DNA of 63,574 nucleotides, filler included, from Methanobacteriota archaeon (GTDB lineage Archaea; JACRDV01), in assembly GCA_024860865.1 (NCBI GenBank). It is 6 parts of 6 records of this genome, joined end to end, with 100 filler letters (N's around TTAATTAATTAA, not from the genome) between each part and the next. Parts side by side here need not be neighbours in the genome. Positions count along the whole stretch, not along the records: positions 1 to 12,389 come from JACRDV010000120.1; 5 more parts are not named here. One strand, written 5' to 3'. Every line of letters begins with the position of its first letter. Within the stretch, counting starts at the first letter, position 1. Below, in pieces: positions 1 to 9,900 of this stretch. The notes beneath the pieces are model-generated. The model did no database searches and had not been told where the DNA came from. It was given only the letters and a program-made list of their open reading frames with translations. The position numbers and the translations under genes were made by a program.

Positions 1-1
1 C

Positions 2-619
2 TTCGAAGATGGGGTATTTATCGAGCCGTTAGGATGTGTGGTGCGCGGACAAAGGTTAGCGCGCGTACAAGAGGACAATAGTGTACTCATCCTTGGTAGC
101 GGTATTTCTGGACTTCTCCATGTGCAACTTGCTCGCGTACGAGGAGCAGAACGGGTAATTGCGACGGATATAAATGAATATCGTTTGAACGTTGCAAAAA
201 AATTCGGAGCAGATGCGGTGATACGCGCTGAAGAGGATGTACCTGAAAGACTGCGTAAACTCAACGAGGGCAGACTTGCGGACAGGGTGATAGTTTGTAC
301 AGGAGCCACATCAGCAAGCAAACAAGCATTGCAGTGTGTGGATCGCGGAGGCACTGTTTTATTCTTTGCAGTACCGGAACCAAGCATTGATATTTCTATT
401 CCAATTAGTGACTTCTGGCGCAACGAAATAACAATAATGACTTCTTATGGCGCAAGCCCAGAAAATCTCAAAGAGGCGCTAAAACTGATTAGTGACCGTA
501 AGGTAAACGTGCACGAGATGATTACACATCGATTAAGTTTAGAAGAAACTGGTTTGGGTTTTAAGCTCGTCGTCGACGCTAAGGAATCTCTCAAAGTGAT
601 TATCGAACCGCAGAGATAA
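2..619 (+). CDS. Zn-dependent alcohol/sugar dehydrogenase (MDR family), 5' partial
   Basis: Frame open from the window edge (FEDGVFIEPLGCVVRG); Rossmann motif ILGSGISG; GGTVLFF; C-terminal ITHRLSLEE...KVII. Confidence 0.9.
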   Translation, partial: FEDGVFIEPLGCVVRGQRLARVQEDNSVLILGSGISGLLHVQLARVRGAERVIATDINEYRLNVAKKFGADAVIRAEEDVPERLRKLNEGRLADRVIVCTGATSASKQALQCVDRGGTVLFFAVPEPSIDISIPISDFWRNEITIMTSYGASPENLKEALKLISDRKVNVHEMITHRLSLEETGLGFKLVVDAKESLKVIIEPQR

Positions 620-1370
620 TTTTAGTTACAACCTCATAAGTATTAATAAAGTCTGCATATGGATCCAAACTGGGTCGATATTCTAGACATATTAGTTCTT
701 TAAACTTTTCACGAACAACTTTTAGTATAGGATCAAAGTCTATACTTCCCTGCCCTGGTGGTTTTGAGTTCGTGTCGTGTAGATGGAGTTCCGCAATTTC
801 TGTGGCATATTCCCTGATCGTCTCTGCCACATTTTCTCCGTTGGCATGGATATGCATGGTATCTGCCATTAGGCGAACGTGATCTGAGCCCAAGTCATGA
901 ACAAAGCGGTAAACTTCAGATATGCTGGGAAGAAATGTTGTTTTGTCTCTGCTTAATGCTTCAATAGAGATTGTAACATCAAGTTCCGCCCCAAGTTTAC
1001 CAAAGTGTCTGAATATATCGATGCATTTTTCCATCGGATTGTTAATTGTTGGTTCCCCATAGGTGGCAACTGTCACAACATTCTGTGCCCCAACTTTAGA
1101 GGCTATTTTTATCGTTTCTTCTACATGACTCAACGCAACTTTTCGGTCCCTGTTTTTCGCACTTAACATCCGTAGGTCATGCAATAGATATGCCTGGACG
1201 GACTTGATCGGGGTATTAAAACTCGGTAATATCCCTAAAATATTATTTAATTGTTTTTTATTAAAACCATCATTGACTAATTCTAACCACATTTTATGCG
1301 ACTCCAGCGCTCTTAACTTGTCCTCTAATGTGTTCCCAGGAACCGCAAATTCAACACATCCTAAAGCCAT
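600..1370 (-). CDS. Sugar-phosphate isomerase/epimerase (xylose isomerase-like TIM barrel)
   Basis: Motifs ISIEAL, ADTMH, LHLHDTN..PGQGSIDF, CLEY; ATG at 1370 preferred over the TTG at 1397. Confidence 0.85.
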   Translation of the reverse strand: MALGCVEFAVPGNTLEDKLRALESHKMWLELVNDGFNKKQLNNILGILPSFNTPIKSVQAYLLHDLRMLSAKNRDRKVALSHVEETIKIASKVGAQNVVTVATYGEPTINNPMEKCIDIFRHFGKLGAELDVTISIEALSRDKTTFLPSISEVYRFVHDLGSDHVRLMADTMHIHANGENVAETIREYATEIAELHLHDTNSKPPGQGSIDFDPILKVVREKFKELICLEYRPSLDPYADFINTYEVVTKIISAVR

Positions 1371-1493
1371 ACATCTCACCATTAAAATAGGGCTCAAGTA
1401 TTTAGTAATGATATTATTTCCTATGTTTTAAATTCAACATAATAGTATAAACTAAACTAATTGCCATAACCTTGCTGCATTAGAGGTTTACTT

Positions 1494-2039
1494 ATGCCTT
1501 TCGCAATTTGGATTTCTGGACTGCCTGGATCAGGAAAATCTGTTAGAGCCTTGGCTTTAAAAAATCTATACGAAAAGAATGGAATCGACGTTCAAATTCT
1601 AAGGTCTGATGAAATAAGAAAAGTATTAACTCCGCATCCAAAGTACACTGAAGAAGAAAGAGAGATTGTTTATAGAGCAATAGTTTATATGGCTAAACTT
1701 CTGGTTGATAATGGAAAAAACGTAATTATCGATGCTACTGCACACAAAAAAGAATGGAGAAATTTAGCAAGACAATTGATAAAAAATTTTGCTGAAGTTT
1801 ATTTGAGGTGCCCAATCAAAGTATGTATAGAACGAGAGGGAAAAAGAAAAGATATATTTGCTCCTTCTAAAATTTACAAAAAAGGTTTAACAGGAGAGTC
1901 AAAAACTGTACCTGGCATTGGTGTTGTTTACGAAGAATCAGAAAGTCCAGAGGTTATAATTGAAACAGATAAAATTGATCCCAAAGAATCCGCTAAAATA
2001 ATTTTCGAAAAAGTCTACAAGTTATGGGAGATTAGCTAA
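1494..2039 (+). CDS. Adenylyl-sulfate kinase family P-loop kinase
   Basis: WISGLPGSGKS P-loop, SDEIRK, VIIDAT, EVYLRCP..VCIER, VPGIGVVYE. Confidence 0.75.
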   Translation: MPFAIWISGLPGSGKSVRALALKNLYEKNGIDVQILRSDEIRKVLTPHPKYTEEEREIVYRAIVYMAKLLVDNGKNVIIDATAHKKEWRNLARQLIKNFAEVYLRCPIKVCIEREGKRKDIFAPSKIYKKGLTGESKTVPGIGVVYEESESPEVIIETDKIDPKESAKIIFEKVYKLWEIS

Positions 2040-2048
2040 ACTTAAGAG

Positions 2049-3314
2049 GTGTTTAAATTGTCTACAGAATATGAAGTGAAAAATCGAAATCTTGCTCCAA
2101 AAGGAAAACTAATGATCGAATGGGCAGAAGCTCATATGCCTGTGCTAATGAAAATTCGAGCTGTTTTTCAAAAAGAAAAACCTTTAAAAGGAATTCAAAT
2201 TGCATCGTGCTTGCACGTAACTAAAGAAACGGCTGTTTTGGTGAAAACATTAAAAGCAGGAGGGGCGGAGGTAGCTCTTTGCGGTTCTAATCCCCTTTCA
2301 ACTCAAGATGAAGTTGCAGCAGCTCTTACTTACGATAAAATAAATGTCTATGCATGGCGTGGAGAAACTGAAAAAGAGTATCAGCGGTGCATTGATAAAA
2401 CTCTAACTTATAATCCAGTCATTTTAATGGATGATGGAGCTGACCTGATATCAACTTCCCACAAAAAGGGAATTGTTAAAGGAATAACTGGAGCTTCTGA
2501 AGAGACAACTACAGGTATAACTCGCTTAAGATCAATGGAACAAGAAGGGGCTTTAAAATATCCCATAATTGCTGTTAATGATGCTTATACAAAATATCTT
2601 TTTGATAATAGGTTTGGAACTGGACAAAGTACTATTGATGGTATAATAAGAGCTACAAGTATTCTCTTAGCCGGAAAAAATTTTGTTGTTTGTGGTTATG
2701 GCTGGTGTGGACGTGGAATTGCAATGAGGGCAAGAGGGATGGGGGCAAATGTAATCGTAACTGAGGTTAATCCTATCAAAGCTTTAGAAGCAGCGATGGA
2801 TGGGTTTACTGTAATGTCAATAGATAGAGCTGCTAAAGTAGGAGATATTTTTGTAACAGTAACTGGCGATACCAGTGTGATTAGAAAAGAACACATGCTA
2901 AAAATGAAAGATAGCGCGATATTAGCGAATAGTGGACATTTTAACGTCGAAATCAGTATTCCAGACTTAGAAGCTATCTCTAAATCTAAGAGAACAATTA
3001 GACAGAACGTGCAGGAATATATGCTAAAGGATGGGCGGCGACTATACCTTCTTGCTGAAGGTCGATTGGTAAATCTCGTAGCAGCTGAAGGCCACCCACC
3101 TGAGGTTATGATGATGTCTTTTGCAAATCAAGCACTTAGCGCTGAATATTTAGTAAAATATGGAAAGGAATTAGAACCAAAGATATACAAAGTTCCAGAA
3201 GAAATCGATCAAAAGGTTGCAACGCTCGCGTTAAGTGCGATGGGTATCCAAATAGATAAGCTCACTGAAGAACAGGTTAGATATCTAAAGAGCTGGGAAT
3301 TGGGAACGACTTAA
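2049..3314 (+). CDS. ahcY: S-adenosylhomocysteine hydrolase
   Basis: [56 protein letters not shown]. Confidence 0.97.
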   Translation: MFKLSTEYEVKNRNLAPKGKLMIEWAEAHMPVLMKIRAVFQKEKPLKGIQIASCLHVTKETAVLVKTLKAGGAEVALCGSNPLSTQDEVAAALTYDKINVYAWRGETEKEYQRCIDKTLTYNPVILMDDGADLISTSHKKGIVKGITGASEETTTGITRLRSMEQEGALKYPIIAVNDAYTKYLFDNRFGTGQSTIDGIIRATSILLAGKNFVVCGYGWCGRGIAMRARGMGANVIVTEVNPIKALEAAMDGFTVMSIDRAAKVGDIFVTVTGDTSVIRKEHMLKMKDSAILANSGHFNVEISIPDLEAISKSKRTIRQNVQEYMLKDGRRLYLLAEGRLVNLVAAEGHPPEVMMMSFANQALSAEYLVKYGKELEPKIYKVPEEIDQKVATLALSAMGIQIDKLTEEQVRYLKSWELGTT

Positions 3315-3355
3315 AAACCGAGACTTGGAGATAAAAGAGATTACATTATTTCAAT

Positions 3356-4231
3356 TTAACTATAGCCTACTAACATAATCTTTAACGCATCTTCAATCTT
3401 TGAAATAGGAGCTATTTCAATACCAGGAACAGCCAACCTAACATCACTTGGGACAAGCAGCACTCGATAGCCTTCATTTCTTGCAGCAATCGCTTTTTGA
3501 TTAACCCCGCCAACAGGACCAATACTATGATCGAGCTCGATAGTGCCAGTTATTGTGATATTAGACCGCAAGGTATAGCCGCCCATTGCTGAAATTAATG
3601 CAACAGTAAGTCCAGCTCCACCACTTTCTCCATCCACAACTACCGGCAATATCATACCTTCAATGTTTCTGGGCTCGCGAATTTTAAATAAAAATTGGTG
3701 CTTACTTGGTGAAGTCTTCAAAATTTCACATACAACTTTAACTGCTTTCATTCCAGCCTTTTCAGCCCCTACACCTGATAGAACCTCACTTATTTCAAAA
3801 TAGGTTCCAGATAAACCATGAGTTACAAATACGTTAGTTGGTATCATTATTCCCTCTCCCCAAGGATTAACAGCTGGAAGTTCTATGGATGTACTTTTTA
3901 CCTCTTTTAGTGTTTGCACTTCGCGCAGTAAATCTAAAGCAGTTTCTTCAGTTTTTTTCAGTTTAAATTCTAAACGCTCATTTGCATCTTTAAGCTCATT
4001 GACTTGATTTCCTAGTTTAGCTATCTGGTCTCTCAGCTCTATTGTTTCATTTTTAAGATGTGTGATGTTTTCTAAGAGCGCTTGATTTTCACTTCGAATG
4101 GCTAAGTTCTCACTTTGGAGAGTTTCAATTTCACGGTTATATTTTGTATTTAAATAAAATGAGTAGGCAAATATCGCTGAAGTAACTGCTAGTAATGCTA
4201 TTAGAGCTATAATAAGTTTATTTCTATGCAT
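3356..4231 (-). CDS. Membrane-anchored Lon-like (S16) protease domain protein with coiled coil, no ATPase
   Basis: N-terminal hydrophobic helix, ~80-aa heptad coiled coil, VDGESGG (catalytic Ser) and TGTI...IGPVGGVNQKA (catalytic Lys). Confidence 0.8.
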   Translation of the reverse strand: MHRNKLIIALIALLAVTSAIFAYSFYLNTKYNREIETLQSENLAIRSENQALLENITHLKNETIELRDQIAKLGNQVNELKDANERLEFKLKKTEETALDLLREVQTLKEVKSTSIELPAVNPWGEGIMIPTNVFVTHGLSGTYFEISEVLSGVGAEKAGMKAVKVVCEILKTSPSKHQFLFKIREPRNIEGMILPVVVDGESGGAGLTVALISAMGGYTLRSNITITGTIELDHSIGPVGGVNQKAIAARNEGYRVLLVPSDVRLAVPGIEIAPISKIEDALKIMLVGYS

Positions 4232-4352
4232 TTTTTACACTTGTTAAATATGTTTTTGATAGGTGCTGGCAATAAATATTTTTAGGATTAAAAATCCTAC
4301 TGGATTCTCTAATGAGTTAAAATTTTTTAAGATAAGCAAAGGAGGTGAATCT

Positions 4353-4538
4353 ATGAGTATTGTAGCTTTCTTTGCTGCCGGACTACAGCTTGTTCTAGCA
4401 ATAATCCTAGCTATAATTGCAATATACATCGGGCTATCAGTTTTCGGCAAACTAACGAAAGGAATAGATGAGATAGAAGAACTTAAGCGCGGCAATGTTG
4501 CGATAGGAATAATCTTTGCAGCATTAGTACAGGTATAG
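4353..4538 (+). pseudogene. DUF350-like membrane protein, apparently truncated
   Basis: Strong RBS GGAGGTGA; LTKGIDEIEELKRGNVAIGI motif; stops within the second helix. Confidence 0.55.
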
Positions 4539-4787
4539 CAGCAACTTTAATCGGATAATTTTAAAAGCAAACCTCTTTTCTTTTTATTTTATTGTTTTTT
4601 GGCTCAAAAAGCCTTGAAAGCCGTGATGTTGACCCCAAAAACAAGTAAAATCAATCAATAGCTAAATTAAAGCCTAATGTTCCTATATTCCGGATAATCA
4701 GCCCGTTCCTGGTTATTTGTGCGCATACTATTGAGAAGCTCTTTTAAAGCTTTCGCTATATAATACAAAAAGTTTTGGAGAATCTTT

Positions 4788-5372
4788 TTGGAGAAACCTG
4801 AGAAACCTAAAGCTATTATTAATATTGAAAATGTCGTTGCCTCTGCTTCTTTAAATCGGGAGCTTGATTTGGAAAAAGTGGCTGAAGCTCTCGAAAACAT
4901 TGAATATGAACCTGAGCAGTTTCCTGGTTTAGTATATAGGTTAAAGGAGCCAAAGACTGCTGCTTTAATTTTTAGGTCTGGTAAAATAGTGTGCACTGGA
5001 GCAAAGAGCATAGATGAAGTTCATCAGTCTATTGCTCAAACAGTTGAAAAAATGAAAAAGCATGGAATTGATGTAAGCCATGGCGTTGACATTCAAGTGC
5101 AAAACATAGTTTCTTCAGCAGATTTAAATGCTGAACTTAATTTAGATGCGATTGCTGTTGGCCTTGGTTTAGAAAATGTTGAATATGAACCTGAGCAGTT
5201 TCCTGGTTTAGTATACAGGTTAAAGGAGCCAAAGGTTGTAATTCTATTATTTGGTTCGGGCAAACTTGTCTGTACAGGGGCAAAGGATCCAAAAGATGCA
5301 GAAATTGCCGTGGCTAAAGTAACCGAAGAGCTAAAAAGGCTCGGTTTAATGGGTGAGCCAAGGCATGCTTAA
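4788..5372 (+). CDS. tbp: TATA-box-binding protein
   Basis: Two repeats of (I/V)(E/Q)N(V/I)V.S...EYEPEQFPGLVYRLKEPK...F.SGK.VCTGAK; TTG start. Confidence 0.98.
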   Translation: MEKPEKPKAIINIENVVASASLNRELDLEKVAEALENIEYEPEQFPGLVYRLKEPKTAALIFRSGKIVCTGAKSIDEVHQSIAQTVEKMKKHGIDVSHGVDIQVQNIVSSADLNAELNLDAIAVGLGLENVEYEPEQFPGLVYRLKEPKVVILLFGSGKLVCTGAKDPKDAEIAVAKVTEELKRLGLMGEPRHA

Positions 5373-6063
5373 TATATTTTATGAAACATTGGGCAAGTTA
5401 ACTCTCTTCTCAATCATAGCAATTTTTTTTCTAATGTTGCTAGGGTTGTACTTAGGATTGCTGGCTGTTAAGAAAGAAAAATTAATTTTACCAAAATTTG
5501 TTTTGTTTATTCTAGATTCCTTTTATCTTCCTTTAAAAAAATTTGCTCCCCACCTCGGGTTAAAAGAAGACATAGTTGACCAGATTGGAATACAAGTAAG
5601 AAATAAAATTCATCTCAAAAAATTCAAAAAAACTCTGCCAAATGAAAGAATTCTAGTTTTTCCACAATGTTTGAGGCATCCGGATTGCCCAGCTCGGCTC
5701 AAATCGCTCGGCTTAATTTGCCTTAGCTGTGGAAAATGCATTATATCTAAAATTAAAGCCGAGGCTGAAAAACTAGGTTACAGAGTTTTCATTGTTCCAG
5801 GTTCAAGCTTCGTTAAAAGAATTGTTAGAGAGTTTAAACCAAAGGGAGCCCTGGGAATTGCATGCTGCCAAGAATTAAATTTGACTATGCTAAAGACAGC
5901 CGAGCAAAAATGTAGCGTACAAGGCGTAGCTCTCTTAAAGGAAGGTTGCATAGAAACTCAAGTTGATATCTCTGAAATTCTCAGTAAATTGAAGTTAGGC
6001 TTGGAAGAATTCACTCCGCCAAAAAAGCCTGCTTGTGAAACTACCGAAAGTTTATCCAGTTGA
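5365..6063 (+). CDS. DUF116 family membrane-anchored Cys-rich protein
   Basis: PQCLRHPDCPA, CLSCGKC, IVPGSSFVKR, GIAC..EL, L.KEGC.ET.V. Confidence 0.85.
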   Translation: MLNIFYETLGKLTLFSIIAIFFLMLLGLYLGLLAVKKEKLILPKFVLFILDSFYLPLKKFAPHLGLKEDIVDQIGIQVRNKIHLKKFKKTLPNERILVFPQCLRHPDCPARLKSLGLICLSCGKCIISKIKAEAEKLGYRVFIVPGSSFVKRIVREFKPKGALGIACCQELNLTMLKTAEQKCSVQGVALLKEGCIETQVDISEILSKLKLGLEEFTPPKKPACETTESLSS

Positions 6064-6110
6064 TTTTGTTAGCTTAATATCAAAAAATTTAAATTTTCGA
6101 TAACCAATTC

Positions 6111-6662
6111 TTGTGCATGGAAATTGATGACTCAACTATTGCAAGAGTGTTCTCTTTTGATGAGCACCTCAAAGGAAGCGAAAAAACTAGATTTTACCGC
6201 AAGCTCTACGGTTATCGAAGTGTTATAAAGGGCAAGCTTTACCATTATTCTGGATTAGCTGATGAAATAGTGTGTTTCTACTTAGGAAAAAGTATAATTG
6301 CAACGCCAAATTATTTCACAGAAAAGCTCAGAAAATTCTTCAGGGATTGGTCGAAGGTTTCAGTGATTGAATTCGACGCCATTCTACCGAACCAAGAGCG
6401 CTGGAATGCTATTGACAAGCATGTGCTTGGCCTTAAAATCGAGTTTTTAAGTGGGACATCAATTTTAATAAATGAGATCGAAAACCTCCTAGAATTGCTA
6501 AGCTCTGGAAGAGAAAATTTAGGGCCATCTGAAGAAGAGAAAGCAGTTATCGTTGTGAAAGCAGTTAAAGAAATAGTGCAATACGATTGGACGGATGGAA
6601 AAGAGTACAGCAAGAAAATTTTAGAGAGAATCCAACCCATCACAAGTTTGATATCTAAATAA
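6111..6662 (+). CDS. Hypothetical protein with N-terminal FYRKLYGY...Y.GL...LGK domain
   Basis: 183-aa ORF; N-terminal half visibly homologous to the fragment at 14299-14544. Confidence 0.65.
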   Translation: MCMEIDDSTIARVFSFDEHLKGSEKTRFYRKLYGYRSVIKGKLYHYSGLADEIVCFYLGKSIIATPNYFTEKLRKFFRDWSKVSVIEFDAILPNQERWNAIDKHVLGLKIEFLSGTSILINEIENLLELLSSGRENLGPSEEEKAVIVVKAVKEIVQYDWTDGKEYSKKILERIQPITSLISK

Positions 6663-6843
6663 CAACTTTGAATTAGAATTTTAAGCCCATTTATAAAAAT
6701 TTATTTCAGTTTCAAACTTAGTTTGAGCATTTATTTGATTTCTTTCCTTCTTTTGATGAATACTTTCGATTACCTCCCCCTCTCTCTTAAAAAAGCTTAA
6801 ATAGAGCTCCGTATGCTTAATAAAGCCGGAAGAATGGAGCTTA

Positions 6844-6865
6844 ACCCCTTTACTTCCACTGGAAA
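6844..6865 (-). promoter_or_regulatory. Origin recognition box (ORB)-like element
   Basis: Minus strand TTTCCAGTGGAAGTAAAGGGGT matches the archaeal ORB pattern (TCCAGTGGAA dyad plus G-string); intergenic, next to an AT-rich tract, 46 nt upstream of mcm. Confidence 0.7.
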
Positions 6866-6911
6866 GGTTGTACACTAAAGATAAGCCAGGTAAATCCTCT
6901 GAGGTAGTAAT

Positions 6912-9900
6912 TTGGATATAACTACAGATATACCACAACGGCTAGGATTTGAGACTAAAGTTTCAAAGTTTGAGGAATTTCTTCAAAGGTATTGCAATGA
7001 AAATGTTCTAAATCTAGGTCTTTATCCGGAGAAAAAATCTCTAATTATAAATTTCGCAGATTTAGATAAGTTTGACAGTGCGTTAGCAGATGAACTGATT
7101 AAGTATCCAGATCAAACAATTCAGGCTGCTGAGGCTGCACTTAAGCAAATTATCTCACGCCATTGTGAATTGTCGAATGAAGTTAATTTTCATGTCAGGT
7201 TTAAGAATTTATTTGAAAAAACTCCAGTTAGAGAAATCAGAAGCGAACATATTGGAAAATTGATTGAAGTTGAAGGAGTTGTTAGAAAATCAACTGATGT
7301 TAGACCAAAGGTTGTAAAAGCAATATTCCGCTGCAAGCGCTGCGGGGAAGAAATAAGTATTTTACAATTTGAAAAATTCAGAACTCCTTTTGAGTGCACA
7401 AATTGCCAACGTACAGGACAATTCGATTTTTTAATTGAGAAGTCAAATTTTATCGATGCTCAAAAAATTAGAATTCAAGAGCCCCTTGAAGGTTTGCGAG
7501 GCGGAGAGCAACCTAAACAAATCGATATCTATCTTGAAGAAGATTTAACTGGAAAAGTAACTCCTGGCGATCCTGTTGAAATTGTTGGAATTTTAAAATC
7601 TCAGAGAAAGTTTGGAGATAATAGCACAGTTTTTGAGATTTTTTTAGATTGCAATTATGTTGAAACACTTGAAAAGGAGTTTGAAGAATTAGAGATTACT
7701 CCAGAGGATGAAAAGGCAATTAAAGCACTAGCGAATGATCCGGAAATTTACCGAAAAATCAGAGATTCAATTGCACCTCACATCTATGGTCATGATGAAA
7801 TAAAGGAAGCCATAATGTTGCAACTCTTTTCTTCTCCTGCAATTCACTTGCCCGACAAAGCACGAATTCGAGGAGATCCACATGTAATTCTCATCGGTGA
7901 ACCAGCGACAGGAAAATGCCTTACTAAAGATATGGAACTCATTCTGAGAGATGGTCAAGTAATTAAAATTGGAGAGTTTATTGAAAACGTCTTTAAATCA
8001 AACAAGTCAAAAATTTTCGAAACATCTGATGGGAGACAATATATTAAAATAAACAATTTGATTTCAGCTCTTTCATTATATCCAGATTTAAAAATAAAGC
8101 AAAGCAATATTTCTATTGTTTGGAGACGAAAATATTCAGGAAAAATACTCAATATTTTCACTAGATCGGGAAGGCAAATAAAAGTTACTCCTGAGCATCC
8201 GCTTTTTACTATCCAAGAAGGCAAAGTTGTAACGGTTCCAACTAGGGCTTTTGAAGTAGGGGATTATCTAGCGACCCCTAGAAGGATATCCATTGTTGGT
8301 AAATCTCAGGAATTAAACATCAAAATTCGAAGGGGTAAAACAAATGCCTTTCATATTTCTATACCTAACCAAACAACTCCTGGACTAATGCGATTTCTAG
8401 GATATTTAATTGGGGAAGGATCTAGCCTTGAGAGAGTAGCAAGATTTTCAAATTCAGATCCAATCTTAATAAATGATTTTATAAAGATATCTAAGAAATT
8501 GTTCGGGATAGTTCCACACCATTATATTTACTCTAGATCTAGAAGAGAAGTTCAAATAACATCTATAGAAGTAAAAGAATTTATTAAAAAATTAGGAAGA
8601 GAAATTCTAGAAAATTCCAATAAGAAAGCCCTGCCATGTTTTGTATTTAAATGTAGTGACGAGGAAATAGGAAATCTAGTAAAAGCAATTTTTGATGGAG
8701 AAGCAACAGTTTCTAAAACTGGCAAACAAATAGAAATTACATTAGGAAGTCGCTCATTAATAAAACAATTACAAATTCTTTTACTCAGGATGGGAATCAT
8801 TTCTTATTTTAGACCAACCTTTAAATATGCAACCAATTCAAAAAATAAAATCAAAAGAAAATATTTTAGGCTATGGATAACTGGCCGCGATAATTTAATT
8901 GCTTTTTACAAAAATGTTGGATTTCAGAGTCAAGAAAAAAGGAAGCGATTACAGAGGGCAATTAGCAAACTAGATTTAAAAATAATCCCTCAAACAAATG
9001 TGGATGTAATCCCGAAGATTGGAAAATTATTACGAAACTTACGTAAAGCAAGCAAACTAACAAAACATGATTTGGGCCTTTCTAACGTTGCACAATTTAG
9101 AGCCTACGAACTAGGAAAGAAAAACCCCTCCAGACAAAAATTGCTTAATATAGTTTTTGATCTATCTCGGAGTCAACAATTATCAAATGGAGGTTCATTA
9201 AACAAAGGAATTCAAAATCTAAAAAAATTGGCTGAATCAGACATTTACTGGGATAAGATAATAAAAATCAAAGAAACTCTCACTGATGAATACGTTTATG
9301 ATCTAACTATTGAGGGTACGCCTAATTTTATTGCAAATGGAATAATAGTTCATAACAGTGAGATCTTGCAATTTGTTGCAAATAACTTAGCTCCTCGCGG
9401 AATTTATACCAGCGGTAAGGGAAGCACGAAAGCAGGACTTACAGCGGCAGCTGTGCGCGATGAATTTGCTGAGGGTAGTTGGTCACTTGAAGCTGGAGCA
9501 CTTGTACTTGCTGATCGAGGATCTTGTGCAATTGATGAATTTGAGAAGATGAGCGAAGATGACCGTTCTGCAATGCACCAGGCGATGGAACAACAATCTT
9601 ACCACCCTTCAGTAGAAATACTGTTTACAGGTGGCGAAAAAATCAAAATTGGAACTTTCGTTGAAGGATTGTTTGAAAAATATTCTAAAAGAAAGATAAT
9701 TGGGTATAATTGTGAAATTCTCCCAATTAAAGAACTTAATATTCAATTATGGAGTACAGATTTTAACAAGACCTTTCCGATTAATGTAAATAGAGTGAGC
9801 AGGCATAAAGCTCCTCCATATTTCATCAGACTTAGGTTCTCAAATGGAAGAGAGATTATTGTAACACCTTCACATCCAATTTATGTCTCCAGAAACAGTA

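Noticed and set aside
6681-6938. 85-aa minus-strand ORF upstream of mcm
   Set aside because: Overlaps the mcm start, RBS and ORB element; no protein-like features
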